Both the position numbers and the translations under genes were made by a program. Shown here in pieces: positions 21,769-32,739 of a DNA stretch of 64,000 bases; the stretch's first letter is position 1; every line of letters begins with the position of its first letter. Under the pieces are notes generated by a model. That model was not told where the DNA came from. It did not search any database and saw nothing but the letters and a program-made list of their open reading frames with translations. Origin of the DNA: an uncultured Actinomycetota bacterium (lineage in GTDB: Bacteria; Actinomycetota; UBA4738); contig CAVYRK010000001.1 in NCBI GenBank assembly GCA_963770955.1, forward strand, positions 4,035 through 68,034. The letters run 5' to 3'.

Positions 21769-24700
21769 GAGCGCGGCGACGAGTCGTCGACGCGGAGGTC
21801 GGCGAAGCTCGACGACGACTTGCCGAACTCCCACCAGCCGTGGACCCACGGCTTCACGATGGCGAGGCTTCTGCCGTACACGATCGGGATGACGGCCACG
21901 CGCTCGGTGACGGCCATGCGGTCGGCCCGGTGGAACAGCTCCAGCCGCTCGCGGTCCCGGCGTTCCTGCCGCGCCTGTTCGATCAGCTCGTCGAACGGCG
22001 GATGCGAGAAGCCGCCCTCGTTCGTCTTGCTGTCGGACTGGAAGAGCAGGCGCAGGTAGTACTCGGGATCCGGATACCCGGGTAGCCATCCGGTGAAGTA
22101 GATGTTCGACTCGCCCCACGGCCGGGCATGGGCGAGTGCCTGCTCCGGAGTCCACGGCCGCTCCTCGATCGGGATGTCCAGCACCTCGCGCCACGACTCG
22201 ACCACCGGGTGCACGAGCGGGACGTCCACCTCCAGGCACGCGACGGCGAGGGGACCGGTCACGCCCGACCTCCGCAGGTGCTCCCGCGCGTCGCCGGGAT
22301 CGAAGCGCAGCGACGATGTCCGGCGTGTGGCCCTGGAGCGAGGGCGGCACGATGCCCCCGGTGGCCACCACCATGTTCACGGGCATCGCCGCCGCGAGCC
22401 TGTCGCGGTCGATGGCGTGCGCCAGCGCCTGTCGCAGCTCGAGGTTGGACGTCGCCGGGTGGTGGTGGTCGAACGCGAGGTAGCCCGACCAGCCGGCCTG
22501 GCCGAACCGGGCGTCCTGCACCTCGGTGGGCACCAGGTCGGCGAGCCGCGGGGTGTACCGCACGGCGACCATGTCCAGGGCGTCGTCGGCGTACGGCTGG
22601 AGCGCCTCCGTGACCGGCGTGCGCACGAACTCGATGCGCGCCGCGTTCCCGGGACGGGACCCTGCGTCGCCGTCGTTTCGCTCGAGCACGAGGCGCTCAT
22701 CCGAGCGCTCGGTGACCCGGAACGGACCGCTCACCACCTGTCGCCCGGGCATCGTCCACTCGGCGCCGTCGCGCTCGATCGCGTGCCGCGGCTGCGGCCC
22801 GCCGTCGGGGCGGTTCATCACGCTCATGAAGTACGGGGCCGGCGCGACCAGGCGGAACTCGACCGTGCGGTCGTCGAGCGCGCGCACGCCGATGCGGTCG
22901 GCGTCGGCGTTGTGTCCCGAGGTAGTAGTCCTGGCCGTTCTCCAGCACGAAGTAGATCGCGACCGACGAACCCGGCGATGCGGGGTCGAGCACGCGCTTG
23001 ATGCCGAACTCGACGTCGTGGGCGGTGAGCGGCTCGCCGTCGGACCAGCGGAGGCCCTCGCGGAGATGGAACACGTAGCGCAGGCCGTCCTCGCTGATCT
23101 CCCAGCGCTCGGCCAGGGACGGGACGATCGTGCGCTCGGGCCACGCCTCGACCAGGCGGTCGAACAGCTGCATGCACACCTGGATGTTCGGCCAGGCGAT
23201 GGCGGACTTCGGGTCGGCGTCGTTCGGCAGGAAGCTCGACGCGACGCGGATGGTCGCCGCAGGCGGCGCCTCGGACGCCGACGGCCGCTCCCAGAGCTCG
23301 AACGCGCGCTGGTACGCGTGGTTCGCCTCGGCGAAGCGGAGCGAGGTGTGCAGCGCGAGCGCGAGCTTGAACAGCACCAGGGCCATCGCCTGCCGTTCGC
23401 CGCGGCGCTCCAGCAGCAGGAGCAATTCCTGGTAGGTGCCGACCGCCTCATCCAGTGCGTACTCCTGCCGCGCCCGGTCGCCGGCGCGCGCGAGGTAGTC
23501 GACCGCTTTGCCCTCGTCCTCGGCCGCCAGCCAGTGGTGGGCCAGCATGCCGAACGCCTCTTCGAGGTTCCCGGCGTTCTTCCGCTCCAGCCACTCGGCG
23601 GCGCGCCGGTGCAGGCCGATCCGGCGTTCGGACAGCAGCGTCCGGTAGGCGGCCTCCTGGATCAGGACGTGCTTGAACCGGTACTCGGGCTCGGGCCAGC
23701 GCCTGGCCTCGCGAACGAGGTCGAGCCGCTGCAGTTCGGCCAGCGAGTCCTGGAGGGTGCCGTTGCCGGCCGACACGCCCTGCAGCAGCGGCAGCCCGAA
23801 CCGGCGTCCGAGGACCGACGCGGCGGTGATGCACCTCGTGGCAGTCGGGCGAGAGCCGGTCGATGCGGGCCAGGATCACCTTCTCCACGGTCTCAGGGAC
23901 CTGGACGGGCACCGCATGGTCGAAATGCCAGCCGCCGCCGCCGGCCGGCACCAGCGCCCCCGCGTCCACCAGCGAGCCGACGAGCTCCTCGACGTAGAAC
24001 GGGTTCCCTTCGGCGTCCTCCAGGACACGCCGCTCCAGGTCCGGCGGCAGGGTTCCCTCTCCGACCAGGCTGTGCAGCAGCTCCTGCTCGGCGTCGCCGG
24101 AGAGCGCCTCGAGCGCCAGCTCGCGTGTCCGATGGGGAAGCTCCCGCGCGGTCGTTTCCTTGACGCGCCACGATGCGTGGTCGCGCTCGGGCCGCTGCGC
24201 GACGATGAACAGCACGGCGGCGTGCTCGGTGAGTCCGAGCAGCCGCTCGGTCAGCTGCACCGAGGTCGCGTCGGCCCAGTGCAGGTCCTCGATGGCGACG
24301 ACGGCCGGGCCGTCGTCGGCGAGCCGCGACAACAGGTCGCCGATCACCTCGAACGTCCGGTACTGCAAGGCTTCCGGCGACAGCTCCGCGAGCCGAGTCG
24401 CGGCCTCCGGCTCCAGGGCGAGGCCGAGCATCGCGCCCAGATACGGGTAGACCTCCATCGTCCGGTCACCGAAGAGGCGCTCCACCGCCCGCCGCAGGGC
24501 CACGCGCACGCGAAGCTCCGGGTCGTCCTCGCCGGCGCCGAGCCACTCCCGCACCAGGTCGCGGTACGGCCAGTAGGGCATGGACTCGCCGTAGGACACG
24601 CAGCGGCCCTCCAGCCACACGGGGCGGCCGAACTCCGGTCCCGCCGCCTCGAACAGCTCGTGGGTCTCCGACACCAGGCGGCTCTTGCCGATGCCGGCCT

Positions 24701-25400
24701 CGCCGGTGATGAACACGACGCCGCCGGAGCCGGCCAGGACGTCGTCCAGTGCCTCGCGGATCTGGCGCAGCTCGCGGTCGCGGCCCACGAGCCGGGACAG
24801 CGCGCGATCGTCGCGCGTGCGCGCGCCGGCCCGCACGCCGGCGACCGCCGCGGCCAGCACCGTCTCCTGCTTTCCCTTGAGCGACAGCTCCAGCGGGTCG
24901 GACCAGTCGAACTGCGCGTCGACCAACCGGTGCGTGGTCTGCCCGACGAGCACCTGGCCCGGCTCGGCCGCCGACTGGAGGCGCGCGGCCGTGTTGACCG
25001 TGTCGCCGAACGCCGCGTACTCGACGCGTTGCCCCGCCCCGATGGGCCCCAGGACGACCGGGCCAGTGTTGACGCCGACGCGGACGCCGAACCCCTCGAC
25101 GCCCCACGCGGACTCGACCTCGCCCGCGTAGGCGGTGACGTCCTGCGTGACCCGGACCGCCGCGCGCACGGCGCGCTCGGCGTCGTCCTCGTGGGAGACG
25201 GGGGCGCCGAACAGCGCGAGGACACCGTCCCCGGCCAGGTCCTTCACCGTTCCCCCGAATGCCTCCACGGCGTGGACGATCCGGGCGACCGCCTCGCCGA
25301 CGATCAGCTTCACCTCCTCGGGGTCCAGGCGCTCACCCAGCGCCGTGGAGCCGACGAGGTCGGCGAAGACGGCCGTCACGACCTTGCGTTCCTCCCGCAT
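21765..25400 (-). CDS. Class III nucleotide cyclase + STAND/AAA ATPase + helical region + family-5 solute-binding domain fusion (frameshifts near 23830, 22915, 22315)
   Basis: Cyclase: VFADLVGST, LAGDG, FGDTVNTAARLQ. ATPase: GEAGIGKS, EDLHWAD, GNPFYVEEL, YRFKHVLIQEAAY. SBP5: PSLAERWEISEDGLRYVFHLR..WSDGEPLTAHD, SGPF, LRQALAHAIDR, WLPGYPDP. Confidence 0.8.
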
Positions 25401-25461
25401 GACCCGGCCATTCTGACGGCTTTCCCACACAGAACGGAAAGCCCGTAGGCTCGGAAGCGGC

Positions 25462-27402
25462 ATGCGAGCGCGCTACACGAGGTGGGACGGGACGCAGGAC
25501 CCGCTGGGCCCCGACCTGCCGGCCGCCGACCTGCTGGAGGAGATGTCCGAGGACATCCTGTCCGGGGCGGGCGCCGAGGGCGCGCTGATGCGCCTCCTTC
25601 GCCGCGGGATGAGCGGCCGGTTCTCCGGGCTCGATGCGCTCCGCGCCCGCCTTCGCCAGGCCGCGCGACGGGAACGCGAGCGGCTGAATCTCGACGCCCC
25701 GCTCCAGGAGATCGAGCAGCGGCTCGGCGAGATCCTCGAGGACGAACGGCGGACCCTGTCGCTCCACCTGGAGGACGACGCCCGGATGCGTGAGCAGTTC
25801 CTGGACATGCTGCCGCCCGACCCCGCGGGGAAGCTCCGCGAGCTCTCGGACTACCGGTTCGTCGACAAGGAGGCCCAGCGCAAGTTCGACGAGCTCATGC
25901 AGTGGGTGCGCGAGCAGGTCATGGGCTCGTACTTCCGGAACATGGCCCAAGGGCTGCAGTCGATGTCGGCCGAGGACGTCGCGGCGTTCAAGGACATGCT
26001 GGGCGACCTGAACGAGCTGGTCGGAAAGCGCGAGCGGGGTGAGCTGGAGCCCGGCGACTTCCAGCGGTTCATGGAAAAGCATGGCCGGTTCTTCCCCGAG
26101 AACCCGCAGTCGCTCGAGGAGCTGCTCGAGCAGATGGGCCGGCGCATGGCGGCGATGTCGCGTTTGCTGGCGTCGATGTCGCCGGAGCAGCGCGCCGAGC
26201 TGCAGGCGCTGTCCGAGCAGATCCTCCAGGACATGGACCTGGCGTTCCAGGTGTCGCAGCTGGCCCAGTCGCTGGCCGACCTGTTCCCGCAGATGCCGTG
26301 GGACGAGCCGGCGCTCGCCGGTGGCGAGGACGCGATGCCGCTGTCGGCGACCGTCGACGCGCTGGAGCGGCTGTCGGACTACGAGGACCTGGGCCGGTCG
26401 ATGGCCGGCGAGTACGCCGGCGCGTCGATGGAGGACATCGACGAGGAGAAGCTGCGGCGCACGCTCGGCGACGATGCGGTGCGCGACCTGCACGGGCTGA
26501 AGGAGGTGGAGCGCGCGCTCGAGCGGGCCGGCCTGGTCACGCGCGCCGGCGGCCACCTGGAGGTCACGCCGCGCGGCGCGCGGAAGCTCGGCGAACGCGC
26601 GCTGGTGCGGCTGTTCGAGCACCTGCGCCGCGACCGCGAGGGCGCGCACGACACGCGGCTGGTCGGCGGGATGGCCGAGCCCACGGGGGCGACCCGGCCG
26701 TGGCACTTCGGCGACAGCGGCCCCATCGCGGTGCAGCGCAGCGTCTTCAACGCGGTCGTGCGCCAGGGCGCGTCGGCGTCGCCTCGGCTGCATCCGGACG
26801 ACTTCGAGCTGGTGGAGGAGGAGGCACGGAGCGAGGCGGCGACGGCGCTGCTGCTCGACCTCTCCTTCTCGATGCCGCTGCGTGGTCACTGGGTGCCGGC
26901 GAAGCGGATGGCCCTGGCGCTGCACGCGCTGATCGAGGGCCGGTACCCGAACGACACGCTGTACCTGGTCGGGTTCAGCGACTATGCGCGCCGCATGCAG
27001 CCGGAGGACCTGACCGGCGCCGGGTGGGAGCGCGTGTACGGAACGAACATGCAGCATGCCTTCAACCTGGCCGGGCGGCTGCTGTCGCAGCACCCACGCG
27101 CCACCAAGCAGGTCATCATGGTGACCGACGGCGAGCCGACGGCGCACCTGGTGGGGGATCAGGCGTACTTCAACTGGCCGCCGGTGCCCGAGACGATCAA
27201 CAAGACCCTGCAGGAAGCGATGCGGCTGTCGAAGGCCGGCGTGACGATCAACGTGTTCATGCTGGAGGACACGCCGGGGCTGCAGCAGTTCATGGAGCGG
27301 CTGGCCCGCCTGACGAACGGACGGATCTTCCAGACGGCCGGGGTGGGGGAGGGGTTGGGCGAGTTCGTCGTCCGCGACTTCGTCGCCCGCCGCGCCGTCT
27401 AG
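25462..27402 (+). CDS. vWA-domain protein (partner of the ChlI-like ATPase)
   Basis: YTRWDGTQ N-terminus; MIDAS DLSFS, YGTN, VTDGEPTAH. Confidence 0.88.
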   Translation: MRARYTRWDGTQDPLGPDLPAADLLEEMSEDILSGAGAEGALMRLLRRGMSGRFSGLDALRARLRQAARRERERLNLDAPLQEIEQRLGEILEDERRTLSLHLEDDARMREQFLDMLPPDPAGKLRELSDYRFVDKEAQRKFDELMQWVREQVMGSYFRNMAQGLQSMSAEDVAAFKDMLGDLNELVGKRERGELEPGDFQRFMEKHGRFFPENPQSLEELLEQMGRRMAAMSRLLASMSPEQRAELQALSEQILQDMDLAFQVSQLAQSLADLFPQMPWDEPALAGGEDAMPLSATVDALERLSDYEDLGRSMAGEYAGASMEDIDEEKLRRTLGDDAVRDLHGLKEVERALERAGLVTRAGGHLEVTPRGARKLGERALVRLFEHLRRDREGAHDTRLVGGMAEPTGATRPWHFGDSGPIAVQRSVFNAVVRQGASASPRLHPDDFELVEEEARSEAATALLLDLSFSMPLRGHWVPAKRMALALHALIEGRYPNDTLYLVGFSDYARRMQPEDLTGAGWERVYGTNMQHAFNLAGRLLSQHPRATKQVIMVTDGEPTAHLVGDQAYFNWPPVPETINKTLQEAMRLSKAGVTINVFMLEDTPGLQQFMERLARLTNGRIFQTAGVGEGLGEFVVRDFVARRAV

Positions 27403-27417
27403 CCCCACCGGGAACCG

Positions 27418-27918
27418 TCAACCGACGGTGTCGCAACCGCCGCCGGTCACCAGGAAGTGCGGACCGTCGGCGCCCGGCTGGAAGAGTCGCCACCGCTCCG
27501 AATCCGTCACGTCGTCCAGCGAGTCGTCGGGGAACAGCTCGAGCCGCACCTCACCGTCGAACGTGAGCCGCACCGAGCCGACGTCGTCGGCCTCCACGGC
27601 GACGACGGTCGGCGGGTCGCCACGGTGGTCGTTGAAGAACATCCGCAGGCGCTCGTCGCGGCGGTTCGCCGCCTCCGCGTCCCACCGGAACCCGGGTGGC
27701 TCGGCCGTCGGGTCGGCGCCCTTCGGGTATCGGACGTCGTCGTAGCCGGTGACGATCGAGGCGCCCTCCGTCAGGCGCCACGGACAGCGGACCTGGAGCG
27801 ACACAGCGCCCATGTCCCCGGCGAAGTGGAAGGTCTCGATGTCGGCGACGACCCGCTCGCTGCCGCGCAGCGACCGCCCGACGATCACGGCGAGCGCGGT
27901 CTCGATCTCCTTCTTCAT
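27418..27918 (-). CDS. Hypothetical protein
   Basis: ATG at 27918 just after the permease stop; SLQVRCPWRL...LELFPDDS...ERWRLF; coding-like codon bias. Confidence 0.65.
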   Translation of the reverse strand: MKKEIETALAVIVGRSLRGSERVVADIETFHFAGDMGAVSLQVRCPWRLTEGASIVTGYDDVRYPKGADPTAEPPGFRWDAEAANRRDERLRMFFNDHRGDPPTVVAVEADDVGSVRLTFDGEVRLELFPDDSLDDVTDSERWRLFQPGADGPHFLVTGGGCDTVG

Positions 27919-27923
27919 CGCAC

Positions 27924-30473
27924 CTACTCGGTGGTGATGGCCTCCAGCACGTTCAGCTTCGCCGCCCGCCGCGCCGGCCAGATGGCCGCGACCACGCCGG
28001 CCAGACCCGCCAGGACCACGTAGATGACCAGCTGCCCGCCGGGAATCGAGAGCGCGCTGATGCCCTGGTCCTTCAGCGCCTGCACCATGGCCCATCCGAA
28101 GAACACACCGATGACCAGCCCCAGCACCGCCCCGAACACCGCGATGATCACCGCCTCCCATCGGATCATGGCGCGGACCTGGCTGCGCGCCATGCCGACC
28201 GCGCGCATCAAGCCGATCTCGCGTGTGCGCTCGAAGATCGAGAGCGCGAGCGTGTTCACGATCCCGAACAGCGCGATGATGATCGCCAGCAGGAGCAGCG
28301 CCGTCACGATGCCGAGCAGCGCGTTGACCTGGGACGCCTGGCTGTCGCGGAATTGCGCCTGGTCCTGGACCTTCACGCTCGGGTACGCGGTGGTGATCTG
28401 GTTCACGGCCGCCTTGGCCTGCGCGGGCGTGGTCCCCGGAGCTGTCGTCGCCAGCACGACCGTGTCGAGTTGCGTCACGAAGTTCTGCTCGTAGGCCGGG
28501 ATCGAGATCACGTAGCTGCCCAGCAGCGGGTTGATGTCGTAAATGCCGACCACGCGGAATGGGACCTTGCCTGTCTTGGTGAACTGCAGGGTTGCCGCCT
28601 GACCGACCTTCCAGTCCTTGCTCTTGGCCGTCGTCTTGTCGACCATCAGGCCGTCCTGGCTCAGGTCCGACAGGCTGCCGGACAGCATGTCGATCTTGAA
28701 CGTCTGCTCGATGGTCGAAGGATCGATGGCCTGCAGCGGAATGGTGGAGCCGCCCAGCCCGGCGAAGCCCTGACGGACCGCCGACACGGTGCCGAACGCC
28801 GGGTTCGACTGCATCGACGACGCCAGGTCCGGGGTGAAGCCGCTCTGTGCGAACGACGACGGCGAGATGATGTAGTCGGCCTTCACCGTGGACTGGAGCA
28901 CGTCGGCCGTTGAGGTCTTGATCGATGCGGCGAAGACGGCGACGAAACCGACCAGGCCGAGTCCGATCATCAGGGCCGCTGAGGTGGAGGCCGTCCGCCG
29001 CGGGTTGCGCATGGCGTTCTCGCGGCCCAGTTTCCCCGAGATGCGTGAGAACCGCGCGAACGGCGCGCCGATGATGCCGGCCACCGGCCGGGCGAACAGC
29101 GCGCTCAACCCCGCGACCCCCAGGAAGATCAGGACGACCCCGACACCGACGGTCGCCAGGCCGTTGCTGGTGCTCCCGAAGAGCCCGACTGCCAGGAACG
29201 CCAGGCCGATCAGCGTGACGGCCAGGCCGACCACCGTCCGGCGTCCGGGGGCGCTGGGGGCGGGGGCCGGGTCCCGGAGCGCGGCGATCGGCGGAACGCG
29301 CGAAACGCGCCTCGCCGGCGGCAGCGACGAGATGAGCGTGGTGGCCAGGCCGACGACCAGCGCGACGATGATCGTCCGCGGAAGGATCACTGTTCCGGTC
29401 GATGGGAGCGTGATGCCGAACGCCCGGAGCAGGCCCTGCAATCCCAGTGCGATCAGCAATCCGAAGCCGACGCCCACGATCGAGGCCACCAGGCCGACCG
29501 CGAGCGCCTCGCCGAGCACCGCCGTTCGCACCTGCCGCCGGCTCGCGCCGAGCGCGCGCAGCAGCGCGAGCTCGCGGGTCCGCTGCGCCACCAGGATCGA
29601 GAACGTGTTGTAGATGACGAACGCGCCGACGAACAGCGACACGCCGGCGAACACGAGCAGCGTGATCGTCAGGAACTTCAGCCCGCTCTTGATGTCGTTC
29701 GACTGCTGGGTGGCCGATTCGGCGCCGGTCTGCGCCTGGAATCCCTTCGGGAGCACGGGCTGAATGCGCGACTTCAGCGTCGTCGGGCTCACGCCGGGGT
29801 CGGCCGCCACCTCGATGGCGTCGTACGCCCCGTTCCCGCCGAAGACCTGCTCGGCGGTGTCGAGGTCGAACACCGTGATGGTTGCCCCCAGCAGGTTGTT
29901 CGTCTTCCCGAACCCTACGATGCCCACGATCTGTGCCTGCATCGGGGGGCCCTGCAGCAGGACCTTGACGGTCTGACCCAGCTTGAAGCCGTACTTCTCG
30001 GCCGTGCCGGCGTCGATCGCGATCTCGTTTGGTCCCGCCGGCGCGCGGCCCTGGCGGATCGTCAGTGAGTTCAGCGTCGGATCCGGCATCCAGCTCGTGC
30101 CGAGCGTCGGCGCGCCGCCGGGCGTGACGGCCTTCCCGTGCTTGTCGACCAGCTGCGCGTAGCCGCCGATCGTGCCGTAGGCAGCCTTGACGCCTTCGAC
30201 GGCACGGATCGGATCGACCAGCGTGGCGGGGACGCGCTGCGTCGTGCCCGGCCCGCTGCTGCCGGGAGGGCCGCCGGAGAACTGCGGGATGCCCGACACC
30301 TCGACCGCCGTTCCCTGGTTGATCTGCTGGAACAGCCCGTCGAACGCTGCGTTCATCGTGTCGGTCAGCATGTAGGTGCCGGCCACGAACCCGACGCCGA
30401 ACACGATCGACAGCGCGGTGAGCAGCAACCGCAGCTTGTGAGACAGGATGCTCTTCAGCGTCGCACGGAACAC
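27924..30473 (-). CDS. FtsX/MacB-type ABC transporter permease
   Basis: Two FtsX halves: NTFSILVAQRTRELALLRALGA and NTLALSIFERTREIGLMRAVG. Confidence 0.92.
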   Translation of the reverse strand: MFRATLKSILSHKLRLLLTALSIVFGVGFVAGTYMLTDTMNAAFDGLFQQINQGTAVEVSGIPQFSGGPPGSSGPGTTQRVPATLVDPIRAVEGVKAAYGTIGGYAQLVDKHGKAVTPGGAPTLGTSWMPDPTLNSLTIRQGRAPAGPNEIAIDAGTAEKYGFKLGQTVKVLLQGPPMQAQIVGIVGFGKTNNLLGATITVFDLDTAEQVFGGNGAYDAIEVAADPGVSPTTLKSRIQPVLPKGFQAQTGAESATQQSNDIKSGLKFLTITLLVFAGVSLFVGAFVIYNTFSILVAQRTRELALLRALGASRRQVRTAVLGEALAVGLVASIVGVGFGLLIALGLQGLLRAFGITLPSTGTVILPRTIIVALVVGLATTLISSLPPARRVSRVPPIAALRDPAPAPSAPGRRTVVGLAVTLIGLAFLAVGLFGSTSNGLATVGVGVVLIFLGVAGLSALFARPVAGIIGAPFARFSRISGKLGRENAMRNPRRTASTSAALMIGLGLVGFVAVFAASIKTSTADVLQSTVKADYIISPSSFAQSGFTPDLASSMQSNPAFGTVSAVRQGFAGLGGSTIPLQAIDPSTIEQTFKIDMLSGSLSDLSQDGLMVDKTTAKSKDWKVGQAATLQFTKTGKVPFRVVGIYDINPLLGSYVISIPAYEQNFVTQLDTVVLATTAPGTTPAQAKAAVNQITTAYPSVKVQDQAQFRDSQASQVNALLGIVTALLLLAIIIALFGIVNTLALSIFERTREIGLMRAVGMARSQVRAMIRWEAVIIAVFGAVLGLVIGVFFGWAMVQALKDQGISALSIPGGQLVIYVVLAGLAGVVAAIWPARRAAKLNVLEAITTE

Positions 30474-30475
30474 GC

Positions 30476-31231
30476 TTATCCTCCGAGCGACTTCATCTTG
30501 TCGAGCACGCTGTCGGCCGTCGGCGAATCCATTCGGTCGACGATCCGGCCGTCGCCGAGGAACACCACGTGGTCGGAGAAGCCGGCGGCCGTCGCGTCGT
30601 GCGTGACCATCACGACGGTCTGGCCGTGCTCCTTCACCGCCTGCTGGAGGAACCCCAGCAGCTCGTGGCCGGACTTCGAGTCGAGGTTCCCGGTCGGCTC
30701 GTCGGCGAAGACGATCTCGGGCTTGCCGGCGAGCGCGCGCGCGGCGGCGACGCGCTGCTGCTGGCCGCCCGACAGCTCCGACGGCTTGTGCTTCAGCCGG
30801 TCTGCCAGTCCGATGGTCTGGATGACGTTGTCCAGCCACGCCTGGTCGGGGTCGCGGCCGGCGATGTCCATCGGCAGCGTGATGTTCTCGGCCGCGGTCA
30901 GCGTCGGTACCAGGTTGAAGGCCTGGAACACGAACCCGATGCGGTCGCGGCGCAGCTGCGTCAGCTTCTTCTCGGGCAGCGTGGTGATGTCCACGTCGCC
31001 GATGTAGACCTGCCCTGAGGTGGGCGAGTCGAGCCCGGCCATGCAGTGGAGCAGCGTCGACTTCCCGGACCCGGACGGGCCCATGATGGCGGTGAACATG
31101 CCGTTTGCGAAGGTCGCGGAGACGGCGTCGAGCGCGGTGACGGCGGCGTCCCCCGCTCCGTAGACCTTGGTGAGCTCGACGCAGCGCGCCGCCACGCCCG
31201 TCGCTGCTTCCGGCTGTGTGGTGATCGACAA
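30476..31231 (-). CDS. ABC transporter ATP-binding protein (LolD/MacB-like)
   Basis: GPSGSGKST, LSGGQQQRV, FADEPTGNLD, VTHD. Start uncertain (TTG 31231, could extend to 31282). Confidence 0.92.
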   Translation of the reverse strand: MSITTQPEAATGVAARCVELTKVYGAGDAAVTALDAVSATFANGMFTAIMGPSGSGKSTLLHCMAGLDSPTSGQVYIGDVDITTLPEKKLTQLRRDRIGFVFQAFNLVPTLTAAENITLPMDIAGRDPDQAWLDNVIQTIGLADRLKHKPSELSGGQQQRVAAARALAGKPEIVFADEPTGNLDSKSGHELLGFLQQAVKEHGQTVVMVTHDATAAGFSDHVVFLGDGRIVDRMDSPTADSVLDKMKSLGG

Positions 31232-31261
31232 GCGAACCCACCCCCAAGCAGATGAATCGGC

Positions 31262-31311
31262 GATTGTCTGCCCGGCGGACAATCAAGGTGCCGGACTCGG
31301 TCCTTCGAACC
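31262..31311. promoter_or_regulatory. Palindromic elements upstream of the ABC operon
   Basis: GATTGTCTGCC-C-GGCGGACAATC (31262-31284, one mismatch) and CGGTCCTTCGAACC (31298-31311). Confidence 0.4.
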
Positions 31312-31359
31312 TACCCGACGATCGGGCGTCTGCCACCCGATTGCCGTGAATTCTCGGTG

Positions 31360-32188
31360 TCAGCCCTCCGCCGTACCGGCCCACCAGAGGGTCACGTTCG
31401 GCCTGGGAGGCAAGCCGATCGTCCCGTTCCGCTCGACGACGCGGCCGGAGATCGCGTCCCAGTATCTCCGGATCCCGGTCCGCGGTCAGGCAGAGCCGCC
31501 TCCGGATGAACGCGGTGAGGTCCTCGGGGCGGGTGAAGCCCGACTGCCAATCCCGCGCCTGCCACTCCTCACGGCCCGGGGATATCCCCATCTCGGCCAG
31601 CACCGCGAGGAAGTCGTCGGCCGTCGGCCGGGTCGGGCGCCGCAGCCCATGGAAGCGCATCCACAGGTCGTTGAGGTTGCTGACCGGGTGCACCGGCATC
31701 AGCTCGAGGACGACCCGGCGACGGGCATGGGCCGTGAGCGCATCGACGAACGGGACGGGCTCGGGGACGTTGTAGATCACGTGGTGGCACACGGCGACGT
31801 CGGTGGCCGGCGTCGCGTCGGCCACGTCCGGCCACATTCCCTGGATCGTCTGCGACGCGACGCCGGCCGCCTCGGCCCGCTCGGCGAAGGCCGAGAGCAT
31901 GTCGGCGGAGCCGTCCACGCCGATGAGCAGGGACGCTCTGGGCGCCAACGGCAGCGAGCCGGCACCGGCGCCGCAACCGACGTCAAGCACCGCCCCGCCG
32001 TCCGGAAGGGCCTCCCGTGCGCGCTCGTCCGAGGGCGTGGGCGCACGCGCCGAGTCGGCCCGGCGAGCGAACAGCTCCACGGGACAGCCCCAAGGCGACT
32101 CCGGGGCGGCGTCGAGGATCTCCTGTGGGATAGCCCACGACTCCAGGTCGTCACGCCACCGCGCGGCGGCGGTGTGCTCGTCGCTCAT
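31360..32188 (-). CDS. Class I SAM-dependent methyltransferase, frameshift near 31465
   Basis: VLDVGCGAG, GVD, DVAVCHHVIYNV; the C-terminus ..VTLWWAG.. is in a shifted frame. Confidence 0.85.
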
Positions 32189-32334
32189 GCGGGCCAGCGT
32201 ACGCCCGGCGGGATGCAACAGGAATGTCGACGATTCGAGCTACCCGGGCAATCCTTCGCGTATTACCCTGGCAAGGGCGGACGCGGTTCCGCGCTTCCCC
32301 AGAGCCGCGCCGCCCGATGGCTCGGGGTCCAGGC

Positions 32335-32733
32335 ATGGAGACCGCCGCACTGCTCGTGGTGCTCGCCGCCGTCGGCGGAGTGATCGTGGTGCGCACGATC
32401 TTTCAGGACGAGCGCCGGGGGGCCGCCTTGCAGGCGAGTCCCGACGCGGAGCAAGCTGCCGAGCCGGCCCCGAGCGAGACTCCCGCCGGTCTCGTCGAGA
32501 GCCACGCGCGGTCGGGTGGCGCGCGCAGGTCGCGCCGGCTCCTGACGGCAGCGGCGCTCACGGACACGCTCGCGATCGACGGCGAGGAGGAGCTGCGGCC
32601 CTCGTTCTTCGGCCGGACGCTCGCGTTCGGCCGCCTGTTGCTGGTGATCCTGTTCATCTGCGCGCTGGCCGGCGGGACGCTGTTCTGGCTGGCGATGATG
32701 ATCGCCAGCAAGGCGCACATCCACCCCGGCTGA
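32335..32733 (+). CDS. Small membrane protein of unknown function
   Basis: N-terminal TM and C-terminal TM joined by a polar linker. Confidence 0.55.
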   Translation: METAALLVVLAAVGGVIVVRTIFQDERRGAALQASPDAEQAAEPAPSETPAGLVESHARSGGARRSRRLLTAAALTDTLAIDGEEELRPSFFGRTLAFGRLLLVILFICALAGGTLFWLAMMIASKAHIHPG

Positions 32734-32739
32734 CGCTGA

